Assembly: GCA_900617105.1 (NCBI GenBank)
Contig: UYFQ01000001.1
Coordinates: 4,650,001 to 4,714,000, forward strand
Reading direction: 5' to 3'
DNA from: Hydrurus foetidus
Taxonomy: Eukaryota
DNA length: 64,000 bases
A program made the position numbers and the translations under genes. Under the pieces are notes generated by a model. The model saw nothing but the letters and a program-made list of their open reading frames with translations. It did no database searches and had not been told where the DNA came from. Of the stretch, positions 48,134-58,003 are shown piece after piece (positions within the stretch are counted from its first letter, which is position 1; every line of letters starts with the position of its first letter).

Positions 48134-49249
48134 ATGGACATACCTCAACTTGCCGTGCTGACCACAAAAGTTTTGTGGTCAGCTTTTTTTGTTTCTGTGC
48201 TTTTTGGCGCTATTGCCCAGCGCACGCATTTTTGCACCATGGGCGCGGTTAGCGACATCGTCAACATGGGCGACTGGATACGAATGCGCATGTGGGGCAT
48301 GGCCGTTGGGGTGGCGATGATCGGCTTTTACGCCCTGGCCGCACTGGGGTTGATTGACCCGGCTAAAACACTTTACGCGTCTAACCGTTTCATTTGGCTT
48401 TCAGCGCTTGTGGGCGGCTTGATGTTTGGTTTTGGCATGGTGTTCGCGTCGGGTTGCGGCAGCAAAACGCTGGTGCGTATCGGCGGCGGTAACCTTAAAT
48501 CTGTGGTGGTGTTTGTGGTGATGGGCGTGGCCGCTTTCGCCACGCTAAAAGGCATTACCGCCGTGCTGCGGGTAGCCACCGTTGACCGCGTTGCCATTGA
48601 CTTTTCATCGAACGCCGCGCTGCCTAACTGGCTGGCAAGCGCGGCGGGCATATCGCTTGGCGCTGCTGGCCTAGGGCTGGCTTTGGTTTTTGGCCTGGCG
48701 TTGATCGGCTGGGCGCTTGCCGGGCGCGATTTTTTAACCGGCGACAACTTGCTGGCAGGTTTGGGCTTGGGCGCTGTCATCACTGGCATGTGGTGGGTGA
48801 GTGGGCATTTGGGCTACATCGCCGAGCACCCCGAAACCCTGCAAGAAGCATTCGTGGCAACCAATTCGGGCCGCATGGAAGCGCTCAGTTTTGTGTCGCC
48901 CGTGGCCTACACGCTGGACTGGTTCATGTTTTTCAGTGACAAGGCGAAAGTGTTGACGATTGGTATCGTGTCTGTGTTTGGCGTGGTGACTGGCTCGGCG
49001 GTGTACGCATTGGCCAGCCGTACTTTTCGCTGGGAAGGTTTTCGGGATGCCGAAGACACCGCCAGCCATTTGGCAGGCGCCGTGCTGATGGGTGTAGGCG
49101 GCGTAGCTGCCATGGGCTGTACGGTGGGGCAGGGCTTGTCGGGAATTGCGACACTCAGCGCCACCAGCTTTGTAGCGGTAGCCGCCATCGTTGCGGGCGC
49201 GGTGGTCGCCTTAAAGTATCAGGTTTGGCGCATGGAGCGCCGCAACTAG
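48134..49249 (+). CDS. YeeE/YedE family sulfur-compound transporter
   Basis: THFCTMG, GMVFASGCGS and AMGCTVGQG motifs; multi-pass membrane protein. Confidence 0.9.
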   Translation: MDIPQLAVLTTKVLWSAFFVSVLFGAIAQRTHFCTMGAVSDIVNMGDWIRMRMWGMAVGVAMIGFYALAALGLIDPAKTLYASNRFIWLSALVGGLMFGFGMVFASGCGSKTLVRIGGGNLKSVVVFVVMGVAAFATLKGITAVLRVATVDRVAIDFSSNAALPNWLASAAGISLGAAGLGLALVFGLALIGWALAGRDFLTGDNLLAGLGLGAVITGMWWVSGHLGYIAEHPETLQEAFVATNSGRMEALSFVSPVAYTLDWFMFFSDKAKVLTIGIVSVFGVVTGSAVYALASRTFRWEGFRDAEDTASHLAGAVLMGVGGVAAMGCTVGQGLSGIATLSATSFVAVAAIVAGAVVALKYQVWRMERRN

Positions 49250-50031
49250 TGCTTCAGGCGCACGACTTAGAGCGGCGCTTCGGCGGCTTGGTGCGCCTTT
49301 ATGGCGCCGAAGGAGCGCAAAAAATTCGCGCTGCTCACGTGGTGGTGGTCGGCATTGGCGGAGTTGGCTCTTGGGCGGCTGAAGCACTGGCACGCAGTGG
49401 TGTGGCACGCTTGACGCTGATTGATTTGGACCACATAGCCGAGTCCAACATCAACCGGCAAATTCACGCCTTGGACAACACGCTGGGCCAGGCAAAAGTT
49501 GCTGCCATGAAGGAGCGCATCGCGCATATCAACCCCGACTGTGACGTTCGCGGCATTGAAGAATTTGTTGACGCCGACAACTGGCCCGATGTGGCGCAGC
49601 TGGAGTCGGGCGATGGCTCAGCCCTATCGGTGCTGGACGCTTGCGACCAGGTTAAAGCCAAAACAGCGATGGCCGCTTGGGCAATACAGAACAAAACCAA
49701 CTTTATTACCGTGGGTGCGGCAGGCGGCAAGCGCCACGCGCACTGGGTAGAAATTGACGACTTGTCCCTCACCACACATGACCCACTGCTGGCGCAACTG
49801 CGCTACCGCCTGCGCAAATCGCATGGCGCTGCACGCAAGGGAAAAATGGGCGTCAACTGTGTGTTCAGCAAGGAGTCGGTGGCGCAGCCCATCGCCAGCG
49901 CAAACCCGGACGAAAGCGAAGCGCAAACGGACAACAATTTAAACTGCCACGGCTACGGCTCAGTGGTCAGCGTGACCGCCACATTCGGTATTTGCGCCGC
50001 GGGCTGGCTACTGGACAAAATTGCGCAATGA
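49249..50031 (+). CDS. tcdA: tRNA threonylcarbamoyladenosine dehydratase (ThiF/E1-like)
   Basis: VGIGGVGSWAAEALARSG, SNINRQ, DPLLA and GYGSVVSVTATFG. GTG start at 49249 is inferred. Confidence 0.9.
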   Translation: MLQAHDLERRFGGLVRLYGAEGAQKIRAAHVVVVGIGGVGSWAAEALARSGVARLTLIDLDHIAESNINRQIHALDNTLGQAKVAAMKERIAHINPDCDVRGIEEFVDADNWPDVAQLESGDGSALSVLDACDQVKAKTAMAAWAIQNKTNFITVGAAGGKRHAHWVEIDDLSLTTHDPLLAQLRYRLRKSHGAARKGKMGVNCVFSKESVAQPIASANPDESEAQTDNNLNCHGYGSVVSVTATFGICAAGWLLDKIAQ

Positions 50032-50034
50032 GCT

Positions 50035-50064
50035 TTGCCAGGGCACATAAAAGCAAGCTATAAT
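50035..50064 (+). promoter_or_regulatory. Putative sigma70 promoter of tRNA-Lys
   Basis: TTGCCA-18 nt-TATAAT about 80 bp upstream of the tRNA. Confidence 0.55.
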
Positions 50065-50146
50065 TTGAGGCTTGTCTGATTTAAAACGCAGGCAAACCGG
50101 GACTGAAAAATCACTTGATAAAAATCGTTTGGTATTCGCAGTTCAC

Positions 50147-50222
50147 GGGACCTTAGCTCAGTTGGTAGAGCAGCGGACTTTTAATCCGTTTGTCGTGGGT
50201 TCGACCCCCGCAGGTCCCACCA
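50147..50222 (+). tRNA. tRNA-Lys (TTT)
   Basis: GGGACCT/AGGTCCC acceptor stem, D-arm AGCTCAGTTGGTAGAGC, anticodon loop CTTTTAA, GGTTCGACCCC and CCA. 76 nt. Confidence 0.97.
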
Positions 50223-50233
50223 AAATTTGAATT

Positions 50234-50265
50234 GCGCCTGATGTTTGCATCAGGCGCTTTTTTTT
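50234..50265 (+). terminator. Rho-independent terminator after tRNA-Lys
   Basis: GCGCCTGATG-tttg-CATCAGGCGC-TTTTTTTT. Confidence 0.9.
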
Positions 50266-50303
50266 GGCCTGAACCGGCCCTAACTAACTGTGGTCAGGTC
50301 AAT

Positions 50304-50807
50304 TCAACCCGAATACCCAAGCAACGGCACATCCAGCTGCGCTTGCTGGGCTACCCGAATACAGTCTTTCATGTGCTCTTCACCCAAGTAGCGGATGGCG
50401 GCGTAGCCGACCGTAGCGGCCACGATTTGGCCCGCAAACGGCACGTATTTGGCGAGCTGCTTGGTGCTTAGCCGCATGCCAATTTTTGTGGCAGCAGCAA
50501 TGACCAAGTCACGGCTGATGAGCTTGCCAATCAAGACTGAGCCGACCATGGTCACGGCCTTTTGCACTTGCTCGCGTTTTTTGTAATTCAGGCCGTCGAG
50601 CTGCTGGGGCGTCAAGCCGAATTCTTTGTTGATCTCAGGAATCAGCTTGGATAGCATGGCGGCATCCACCGCCCAGTCCAAACCCGGTACGGGCACCGCG
50701 CTGACCGCGCCGGCCAGCAAGGCGCGTTTGTGGAGCAGCTTGCGGCTGCGTTTAACCGCCGCTTGCATTGCCGCGTCATCGGCTGCCATGTTTAACGCTG
50801 TGGGCAT
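50304..50807 (-). CDS. Conserved hypothetical protein (DUF697/EcsC-like)
   Basis: SAVPVPGLD and KYVPFAGQ helical-hairpin motifs. Confidence 0.7.
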   Translation of the reverse strand: MPTALNMAADDAAMQAAVKRSRKLLHKRALLAGAVSAVPVPGLDWAVDAAMLSKLIPEINKEFGLTPQQLDGLNYKKREQVQKAVTMVGSVLIGKLISRDLVIAAATKIGMRLSTKQLAKYVPFAGQIVAATVGYAAIRYLGEEHMKDCIRVAQQAQLDVPLLGYSG

Positions 50808-50831
50808 GGGGAAGTCTCCTGTCGGTGAACT

Positions 50832-52844
50832 CTACACCGCTGCAGTTTCAATCTGTTCAGTCAGCTCTAACCAGCGCTCTTCCAATATGGTTATTTCAGC
50901 ATCAATTGCCTTGATGCGTTTGCCCGTTTGAGCCAAATCGAGCGGTGCTTTGGTGTGGTGCAGTTGGGTTTGCAACTGGTCTTTTTCAAGGTTCAACACC
51001 TGCATGTGGCCGTCAATTTTTTCCAGTTCTTTACTTAGCGTTTTAAGCATGGGCTTGGCGGTATCACTTTTTCCGTTTTTGCTGCCTTTTTGAGTATCTA
51101 AAGTGCCTGTAGCGCCCGTTTTATGGGCGCGAGCAGCTTCTTTTTCAATAGCAATCGGCGCCTTGGCTGCAGGCGCAGTACTGGCTTTTTTAGCTTCTTC
51201 ACGCATTTTTTTGGCGTGGTCTAGCAAGTATTTTTGGTAGTCGTCGAGGTCACCATCAAACGGCGCTACACCGCCTTGGCTGACCATCCAGAATTCGTCG
51301 CACACGGCGCGCAGCAACGCTCGGTCGTGGCTGACCAGCATCACCGTGCCTTCAAATTCATTGAGCGCCATGCTGAGCGCTTCGCGCGTGGCCAAGTCCA
51401 GGTGGTTGGTGGGCTCGTCAAGCAGCAGCAGGTTAGGGCGCTGCCACACGATCATGCACAGCACTAGCCGCGCTTTTTCGCCGCCGCTCATGCTGCCCAC
51501 AGCTTGCTTGACCATGTCGCCGCCGAAGTTGAAGTTGCCTAAAAAGCTGCGCAGGTCTTGCTCGCGGGTCGGCTGATTGCCGATTTTGCCTGCGGCAGTC
51601 ACTTCTTTGACCAGCCGGATCATGTGCTCCAGCGGGTTGTCATTCAGGTGCAGCACGTCAAGTTCTTGCTGGGCAAAGTAGCCGATGTTCAGGCCTTTGC
51701 CTTCAGTCATGTCGCCAGCTATCGGGGCGAGGGCGCGCGCGACGGTTTTTACCAGCGTTGATTTGCCTTGCCCGTTGGCCCCCAAAATACCGATGCGCTG
51801 ACCAGCCAGCACCGATTTGCTGACGTTTTGCACGATGACTGTGGGCGGCGTGCCTTCTGGCGCATCATCAGGCGCGGGGTAGCCGAAAAATGCGTTTTGC
51901 ATCGACAGCATCGGGTTGGGCAAGTTGGCGGGCTCTTTGAATTCAAACGTAAAGTCAGCCTCGGCCAGCAGCGGGGCGATTTTTTCCATGCGGTCGAGTG
52001 CCTTGACTCGGCTTTGTGCCTGTTTGGCTTTGCTTGCTTTTGCTTTAAATCGGGCGATAAACTTTTGCAGGTGCGCAATTTTGTCTTGCTGCTTGGAATA
52101 CGCGCCTTGCTGCAGCGCCATTTGCTCGGCTCGCAGGTCTTCAAACTTGCTGTAATTGCCGCCGTAGCGTGTCAGCTTGGCGCTTTCGATATGCACTGTC
52201 ACGTCGGTCACCGCATCTAAAAACTCCCGGTCATGGCTGATGACCAGCATCGTGCCCTGGTAGCGTTTTAACCAGGCTTCCAGCCAGACCAGCGCGTCCA
52301 AATCCAGGTGGTTGGTGGGCTCGTCAAGCAGCAGCAAGTCTGACGGGCACATGAGCGCCCGCGCCAGTTGCAGCCGCATGCGCCAGCCGCCTGAAAAGCT
52401 GTTGACCGGGTTGTTCAGCTCTGACACCTTGAAACCCAAGCCCAAAATGAGTGCTTGCGCCCGCGCTTCGGCATCGTGCGCGCCCGCGTCGTACAGCTCC
52501 ATGTAGGCGTGGGCCATGCGGTCGCCGTCGCCACTGGTCTCGGAATCAGTAACTTCAGTTTGGGCGGCCAGCAGCACCACGTCGCCTTCAATCACGTAAC
52601 TGGTGGCGCTTTGCTCGGTTTCGGGCATGTCCTGCGCAACCTGCGCCATGCGCCACTGGGAGGGGATGAAAAATTCTCCGCCGTCTTCGTGCAGCGTGCC
52701 GTTCAGCATGGCGAAAAGTGACGACTTGCCCGCGCCGTTGCGCCCCACCAGACCAATGTTTTCGCCAGGGTTCAGGGTGACAGACGCGCTGTCAAGAATC
52801 ACTTTGGCGCCGCGACGCAGCACCACGTTTTTGAGGGTAATCAT
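50832..52844 (-). CDS. ABC-F family ATPase (YheS-like)
   Basis: Two ABC domains (GRNGAGKS, FSGGWRMR, LDEPTNHLD; GANGQGKS, SGGEK), no transmembrane segments, C-terminal coiled coil. Confidence 0.95.
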   Translation of the reverse strand: MITLKNVVLRRGAKVILDSASVTLNPGENIGLVGRNGAGKSSLFAMLNGTLHEDGGEFFIPSQWRMAQVAQDMPETEQSATSYVIEGDVVLLAAQTEVTDSETSGDGDRMAHAYMELYDAGAHDAEARAQALILGLGFKVSELNNPVNSFSGGWRMRLQLARALMCPSDLLLLDEPTNHLDLDALVWLEAWLKRYQGTMLVISHDREFLDAVTDVTVHIESAKLTRYGGNYSKFEDLRAEQMALQQGAYSKQQDKIAHLQKFIARFKAKASKAKQAQSRVKALDRMEKIAPLLAEADFTFEFKEPANLPNPMLSMQNAFFGYPAPDDAPEGTPPTVIVQNVSKSVLAGQRIGILGANGQGKSTLVKTVARALAPIAGDMTEGKGLNIGYFAQQELDVLHLNDNPLEHMIRLVKEVTAAGKIGNQPTREQDLRSFLGNFNFGGDMVKQAVGSMSGGEKARLVLCMIVWQRPNLLLLDEPTNHLDLATREALSMALNEFEGTVMLVSHDRALLRAVCDEFWMVSQGGVAPFDGDLDDYQKYLLDHAKKMREEAKKASTAPAAKAPIAIEKEAARAHKTGATGTLDTQKGSKNGKSDTAKPMLKTLSKELEKIDGHMQVLNLEKDQLQTQLHHTKAPLDLAQTGKRIKAIDAEITILEERWLELTEQIETAAV
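51099..51152 (-). repeat. Family-A motif in frame in the ABC-F linker (AIEKEAARAHKTGATGTL)
   Basis: Reverse strand GCTATTGAAAAAGAAGC TGCTCGCGC CCATAAAACGGG CGCTA CAGGCACTTTA. Confidence 0.85.
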
Positions 52845-52904
52845 TGTTCAACTAATCAAGAAAAGGGACGCAAGCTGGCGTCCGGAAAAAACGCGAATCA
52901 GAAT

Positions 52905-53891
52905 TTATTGCAGTTGCTGCCGGGTCAGCAACAACACCTGGTCTGGACCACCGCTTGTCTCGAACCACAACGGTTCTAACGATGGAAATGCGCGTTCAAA
53001 ATTGTCGCGCTCGTTGCCTATTTCCAGCACCAGCACAGCATTTTCGCTCATGTGCGCGGCAATTGTTAGAAAGACCTGCCGAATAAAGTCCATGCCGTCT
53101 GAGCCGCTGGAAATATTGCCATCAAGAGCCAGCGCAGGTTCGGCCTTGAATTCAGGCGGCAAAGCGGCCATGGTGGCGGCATTTACGTACGGCGGGTTGC
53201 ACAAAATCAGGTCGTAGCCGCCGTTTTTGTTGCCCCCGCAGGCAGCCAAGCCGTCGGACTCGATCAGTGTGATGCGATCTGCCAAACCATGCTTGTCAAC
53301 ATTGATACGCGCCACGGCGAGCGCATCAGCGCTAATGTCGGCCGCGTCAATCTCCACATCGGGGTAGGCCATGGCGGCCAACACGGCCAGGCTGCCATTG
53401 CCCGTGCACAGGTCGAGCACACGAAAAGGTCGAGCCCCCACGCTTGCCACTTCATGTGCTGCGCTGCCCCCCGAGGGGGTGCTCGCTTGCTTGGGGCGGC
53501 CCGGCGCGGCGCTCGGCTCAACCAGCCACGGGTCAATGCTCTCGTCGACGATGAGTTCGGCGATGAAAGAGCGCGGAATGATCACCCGCTCATCGACATA
53601 AAACGGCACACCCTGCAGCCAGGCTTCATTGGTCAAATACGCCAGCGGCTGGCGAGTGGTTATGCGCGCTCCTAAAAGAGTAGCTACTCGAGCTTGACTT
53701 TCTTGGGCTACAGGCTTATTTGCCACTAAATCCAGGTCATTTAATGGCAAATTCAGTCGCCACAGCACCAACCATGCCGCCTCATCAAACGCGTTAAGCG
53801 TGCCTTGGCCAAAGCCGTTGGCCAGACTTAAGCCCGCGGCTTCAAGCTGGGCAGCGGCGTTCTCGATCAGCTCAATGACAGTCAATGGCAA
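52905..53891 (-). CDS. prmB: 50S ribosomal protein L3 N5-glutamine methyltransferase
   Basis: FGQGTLNAFDEA, FYVDERVIIPRSFIAE, DLCTGNGSLA, NPPY and LEIGN. Confidence 0.96.
   Translation of the reverse strand: MPLTVIELIENAAAQLEAAGLSLANGFGQGTLNAFDEAAWLVLWRLNLPLNDLDLVANKPVAQESQARVATLLGARITTRQPLAYLTNEAWLQGVPFYVDERVIIPRSFIAELIVDESIDPWLVEPSAAPGRPKQASTPSGGSAAHEVASVGARPFRVLDLCTGNGSLAVLAAMAYPDVEIDAADISADALAVARINVDKHGLADRITLIESDGLAACGGNKNGGYDLILCNPPYVNAATMAALPPEFKAEPALALDGNISSGSDGMDFIRQVFLTIAAHMSENAVLVLEIGNERDNFERAFPSLEPLWFETSGGPDQVLLLTRQQLQ
53433..53510. repeat. 78-bp GC-rich palindromic insertion translated in frame in prmB
   Basis: Encodes AAPGRPKQASTPSGGSAAHEVASVGA between DPWL and RVLDLCTG. Central hairpin CCCCCC-GA-GGGGG. 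Confidence 0.7.
53668..53721 (+). repeat. Family-A motif inside prmB (NKPVAQESQARVATLLGA)
   Basis: GCTCCTAAAAGAGTAGC TACTCGAGC TTGACTTTCTTG GGCTA CAGGCTTATTT. Confidence 0.75.
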
Positions 53892-53918
53892 ACGGTACCG
53901 GTTGCAGTGCGCACAAGC

Positions 53919-55109
53919 TCAAAGCACCGAAAACCCAGTGGTGCCGAACTTAGAACTTTTCTCGGCGTGTATGTCCAAAGAAATTTCGGTAAACGAGGCT
54001 ATGTCGTCATGCTCGTCTGTGGTCTCGTTAGCGGATTTTGAGGCCTCATGAAAGTCGTTTTCAAGGCGCCACATCAAATTGGTTGGGGAGTCAGCGTTGG
54101 CAATGCCCTCTTTGCGGGTAACGGTGCCTTCTGCAATCATTTGGGCAATGTCTTGCTCAAAAGTTTGCGAGCCTTCCGACATAGACTTTTCCATCGCTTC
54201 TTTAATGCCTGAAAAATCGCCTTTTTCAATCAACTCGGTTATCAGTTTGGAGTTGCGCATCACCTCAACCGCCGGCGTGCGGCTACCGCTGACTGCGCGC
54301 AGCAGCCGCTGCGAAACAATGGCCCGCATGGCGGCGGCCAAGTCGCCCAGCATGGTGCTGCGCACTTCAACCGGATAAAACCCCAAAATGCGGTGGAGTG
54401 CCTGGTAGCTGTTGTTGGCGTGCATGGTAGCGAGGCACAAGTGGCCTGACTGAGCGTAGGCAATGGCGGCCGACATGGTTTCGCGGTCGCGAATTTCGCC
54501 GATCAGAATCACGTCTGGTGCCTGGCGCAGAGCGTTTTTTAGCGCAATTTGCAGTGACTGGGTGTCGTTGCCAACCTCGCGCTGGTTCACAACTGATTTT
54601 TTGTTGGTAAACAAAAACTCAATCGGGTCCTCAATCGTCAAAATATGACCGAGCGTGGTCTCATTACGGTGGTCTAGCATGGCGGCCAGCGTGGTGCTTT
54701 TGCCCGCACCTGTTGCGCCCACCATCAGCAGCAGGCCGCGCTTTTCCATGATCAAATCAGCCAGAATGGGCGGTAGGTTCAGGCTGTCAAGCGGCGGAAT
54801 GTCTATCGGGATAAACCGAATCACAAAGGCAAAGCTGCCGCGCTGCTTGAAGCCACTGATACGAAAATTACCCAAGCCAGTAACGGGCAGCGCCATGTTC
54901 AGCTCGCCCATTTCCCGCAGTTCCTCAATGCGTTCAGGCGGCAACACCTCAGACAGCAGCGTGATGGGCGCGTCGGCCGGCAAAACCTGGTTATTGATGG
55001 GCACGGCCTGGCCATTGATTTTGATCAGCGCCGGTGAATGCGCCGACAAGTAAACGTCAGACGCTTTTTTGTCTGCCATCAGTTGCAAAATCTTTTGCAT
55101 GGTGCTCAT
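53919..55109 (-). CDS. pilU: PilT/PilU family type IV pilus retraction ATPase
   Basis: KASDVYL, GATGAGKSTT, TIEDPIE, LRQAPDVILIGEIRD and GHLCLATMHANN. Confidence 0.92.
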   Translation of the reverse strand: MSTMQKILQLMADKKASDVYLSAHSPALIKINGQAVPINNQVLPADAPITLLSEVLPPERIEELREMGELNMALPVTGLGNFRISGFKQRGSFAFVIRFIPIDIPPLDSLNLPPILADLIMEKRGLLLMVGATGAGKSTTLAAMLDHRNETTLGHILTIEDPIEFLFTNKKSVVNQREVGNDTQSLQIALKNALRQAPDVILIGEIRDRETMSAAIAYAQSGHLCLATMHANNSYQALHRILGFYPVEVRSTMLGDLAAAMRAIVSQRLLRAVSGSRTPAVEVMRNSKLITELIEKGDFSGIKEAMEKSMSEGSQTFEQDIAQMIAEGTVTRKEGIANADSPTNLMWRLENDFHEASKSANETTDEHDDIASFTEISLDIHAEKSSKFGTTGFSVL

Positions 55110-55156
55110 TTTTAGCCCGTTTCAATAGTCAGATAAACCAAACCGCCGCACGGTTT

Positions 55157-55990
55157 TCAATCGCGCAGCAAGTCATTCAAACTCGTTGTAGCTCGTGTTT
55201 TAGCATCTACTTTTTTCACAATTACCGCGCAATACAACGAATATTTGCCGCCTGCTTTTGGCATGTTGCCCGACACCACCACCGAGCCAGCCGGCACGCG
55301 GCCGTAGCTCACGGTGTCCAGTTCGCGGTCATAAATGGGGGTGCTTTGGCCGATGTACACGCCCATCGACAGCACTGAGTTTTCTTCAACAATCACGCCT
55401 TCAACGACTTCTGAGCGGGCGCCAATAAAGCAGTTGTCTTCAATAATGGTGGGGTTGGCTTGCATGGGTTCTAGCACGCCGCCAATGCCTACGCCGCCCG
55501 ACAAATGCACGTTTTTGCCAATCTGCGCACACGAGCCTACTGCGGCCCAGGTGTCGACCATCGTGCCTTCATCGACATACGCGCCAATGTTGACGTAACT
55601 CGGCATCAAAATCGCGCCCTTGGCAATGTAGCTGCCGCGCCGGGCCACGGCGGGCGGCACTACGCGCACACCGGCAGCTCGCATTTGCGTGTCGTCGAGG
55701 TTGCTGAACTTGGTTTTAACTTTGTCGAAAAAGCCCAAGTCGCCCGCGCGCATCACGGCGTTGTCGGTTAAGCGAAAGCTAAGCAGCACGGCTTTTTTAA
55801 TCCACTGATGCACCGTCCATTGGCCAACGCCTTGACGGGTAGCCACGCGAATGTGGCCACCGTTAAGCTGGGCAATCGTGCTTTCAATAGCTTCCAAAAT
55901 GTCTTTGGGGGCGGTGGCAATGGCCAAATTGGCGCGATCTTCCCAGGCTGCGTTGATGATGGCTTCTAACTTGGTGTTGTCTGAGTTCAT
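55157..55990 (-). CDS. dapD: Tetrahydrodipicolinate N-succinyltransferase
   Basis: [27 protein letters not shown] and [17 protein letters not shown]. Start set at ATG 55990. Confidence 0.97.
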   Translation of the reverse strand: MNSDNTKLEAIINAAWEDRANLAIATAPKDILEAIESTIAQLNGGHIRVATRQGVGQWTVHQWIKKAVLLSFRLTDNAVMRAGDLGFFDKVKTKFSNLDDTQMRAAGVRVVPPAVARRGSYIAKGAILMPSYVNIGAYVDEGTMVDTWAAVGSCAQIGKNVHLSGGVGIGGVLEPMQANPTIIEDNCFIGARSEVVEGVIVEENSVLSMGVYIGQSTPIYDRELDTVSYGRVPAGSVVVSGNMPKAGGKYSLYCAVIVKKVDAKTRATTSLNDLLRD

Positions 55991-56024
55991 GTGCTTTGAG
56001 TTTGGATTACTTGGATTGCTTGGA

Positions 56025-57224
56025 TTATTTGGATTGGATAAATTGAACAATTTTTCGTGCGGCTTCAACGCATTCGGCAGTTTCAGCCACCAGGGCCATG
56101 CGGATTCGGCCTTTGCCTGGGTTGTGACCTTGCGCTTCGCGCGCGAGGTAGCTACCGGGCAATACCACCACATTGTAGGCAGCGAACAGCTCAGTTGAGA
56201 AGGCTTCGTCGTCGCCTTTGAACGCCGCAGGCACGCTGGCCCATAAATAAAACCCGGCGTCGGGCAGCGCCACTTCCATCACGGCAGCCAGCAGCGGGGT
56301 AACTTGGGCAAATTTGTCACGGTATTTGGCGCGGTTGTCTTGCACATGCGCTTCATCAGACCACGCCGCTGCACTGGCCGCTTGCACGACCGGGCTCATG
56401 GCGCTGCCGTGGTAAGTGCGGTACAGCAAAAACGGCTTAATGAGTGCCGCATCGCCCGCCACAAAACCGCTGCGCAGGCCGGGCACGTTGCTGCGCTTTG
56501 ACAAGCTGGTCATGGCGATCAGGTTTTTAAAATCATGCCTGCCTAAAAGCGCTGCAGCTTGCAGCCCGCCCAGCGGCGGCTCGTTTCTGAAGTAAATTTC
56601 GCTGTAGCACTCGTCAGACGAAATCACAAAGCCGTGGCGGTCGCTTAAGTCAAACAACATCTTCCACTCAGCCAAGGTCATCACCGCGCCTGCCGGGTTG
56701 CCGGGTGAGCAGACGAAGAGCAGTTGGGTTTTGGCCCACACCGTATCGGGTACGGCTGAGTAATCGATCGCAAAGTTGCGTGCCGGATCGCTGGGCACAA
56801 AGTGGATAGCAGCGCCTGCCAATAAAGCAGCGCCTTCATAGATTTGATAAAAAGGATTCGGGCAAATCACGATGGCATCTGGGCTGGCTGGGTCAATTAC
56901 CATCTGCGCCAGCGCAAACAGCGCCTCACGCGAGCCATTGACGGGCAGTATTTGCGTGGCGGCATCCACCTTCAAGTCATATCGGCGCTGCAGCCAGTCG
57001 CTAATGGTTTGGCGCAACTTGGGTTCACCCAACGTGCCGGGGTAGCTGGCCAGCCCAGCCAAATTGTTGGTTATTGCGTCTTTAATCAGCTGCGGTGTTG
57101 CATGGCGCGGCTCGCCCATGCCCAGGCTGATGGGCTTGTAAGCCGGGTTGGGCGTGATGGCTGCGTGCAGCAGGCGAAGCCGCTCGAAAGGGTAGGGTTG
57201 CAGTTTGGAAAGCAGGGGGTTCAT
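56025..57224 (-). CDS. dapC: Succinyldiaminopimelate transaminase
   Basis: [30 protein letters not shown] and [14 protein letters not shown]. Confidence 0.95.
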   Translation of the reverse strand: MNPLLSKLQPYPFERLRLLHAAITPNPAYKPISLGMGEPRHATPQLIKDAITNNLAGLASYPGTLGEPKLRQTISDWLQRRYDLKVDAATQILPVNGSREALFALAQMVIDPASPDAIVICPNPFYQIYEGAALLAGAAIHFVPSDPARNFAIDYSAVPDTVWAKTQLLFVCSPGNPAGAVMTLAEWKMLFDLSDRHGFVISSDECYSEIYFRNEPPLGGLQAAALLGRHDFKNLIAMTSLSKRSNVPGLRSGFVAGDAALIKPFLLYRTYHGSAMSPVVQAASAAAWSDEAHVQDNRAKYRDKFAQVTPLLAAVMEVALPDAGFYLWASVPAAFKGDDEAFSTELFAAYNVVVLPGSYLAREAQGHNPGKGRIRMALVAETAECVEAARKIVQFIQSK

Positions 57225-57275
57225 AGGGTTGATTATCTGGGCAAGCTGCTGGCCGGTTCGTAAACAATGCGCTGC

Positions 57276-57935
57276 TTACCCCGCCTTGCGAAAAGTCAAA
57301 TTAAAACGCAGTGGCACCTGCTCGCTGGCATCGGCGTCAGGCGAGCGCACACCGTGAAACCGCAATCGCGCTTCGCCCCCCCAAACCAGCACGTCACCAT
57401 CTTTGAGTAAAAGGGTCTGAACTTTGCCTTTGCGCTGGTTGCCGCCAAGCAAAAAAGTAGCGCTGGCACCGAGCGATACCGACACGATAGGCTGGCTGAA
57501 GTCGCGCTCGTCACGGTCTTGGTGCAGCCCCATGTGGGCGGACCCTTCGTAGCGGTTGACCAAGCAGGCGTCGGGCTCAAAACCCGCGAAGCCGCAGCGC
57601 AGCGCGCAGCTGCTGGCCAGGTGTTTGAAGGTCGCGGGCATGGCTGGCCAGGGCCTATCGGTTTGGGGGTCGCAGCGGGTGTAAAGGTAGCCGTTGGCGC
57701 TGGTCCAGCCCATGTCGCCGCAATTGGTCATGGCCACTGACATGGCTTTGCCGCCGCCCACTGCCATGTGGCGAAAAGGCGCGGCGTCGGCAACTTTGGC
57801 TATTTCAGCCAGCAGCGCTCGGCTATTGGCTGCGCGCGGCAGCAAGCACACGCCGGGGGCGAGGGCTAGTACGTCACCGTTGTTACCCAACAAATCTTGC
57901 TGCTGAAACATGCTTTGAAATAGGCCTTGAATCAT
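57276..57935 (-). CDS. alkB: Fe(II)/2-oxoglutarate DNA demethylase AlkB
   Basis: MSVAMTNCG, PDACLVNRY, HQD, RFHG and RFNLTFRK. Confidence 0.93.
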   Translation of the reverse strand: MIQGLFQSMFQQQDLLGNNGDVLALAPGVCLLPRAANSRALLAEIAKVADAAPFRHMAVGGGKAMSVAMTNCGDMGWTSANGYLYTRCDPQTDRPWPAMPATFKHLASSCALRCGFAGFEPDACLVNRYEGSAHMGLHQDRDERDFSQPIVSVSLGASATFLLGGNQRKGKVQTLLLKDGDVLVWGGEARLRFHGVRSPDADASEQVPLRFNLTFRKAG

Positions 57936-58003
57936 GCTTTAAATCTGAGTTAAAAAATCTTCGCGAGGCGCCTTCTGTTGCCCAGGCTTCATTCGCTCGC
58001 TCG

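Noticed and set aside
52866..52883. GGACGC-aagctg-GCGTCC hairpin as a c-di-GMP riboswitch
   Set aside because: It lacks the rest of the aptamer and is probably a simple intergenic hairpin.
55991..56173. 61-aa N-terminal extension of DapD in the ORF track
   Set aside because: It overlaps dapC in another frame and includes the 9-bp tandem repeat. DapD homology starts near ATG 55990.
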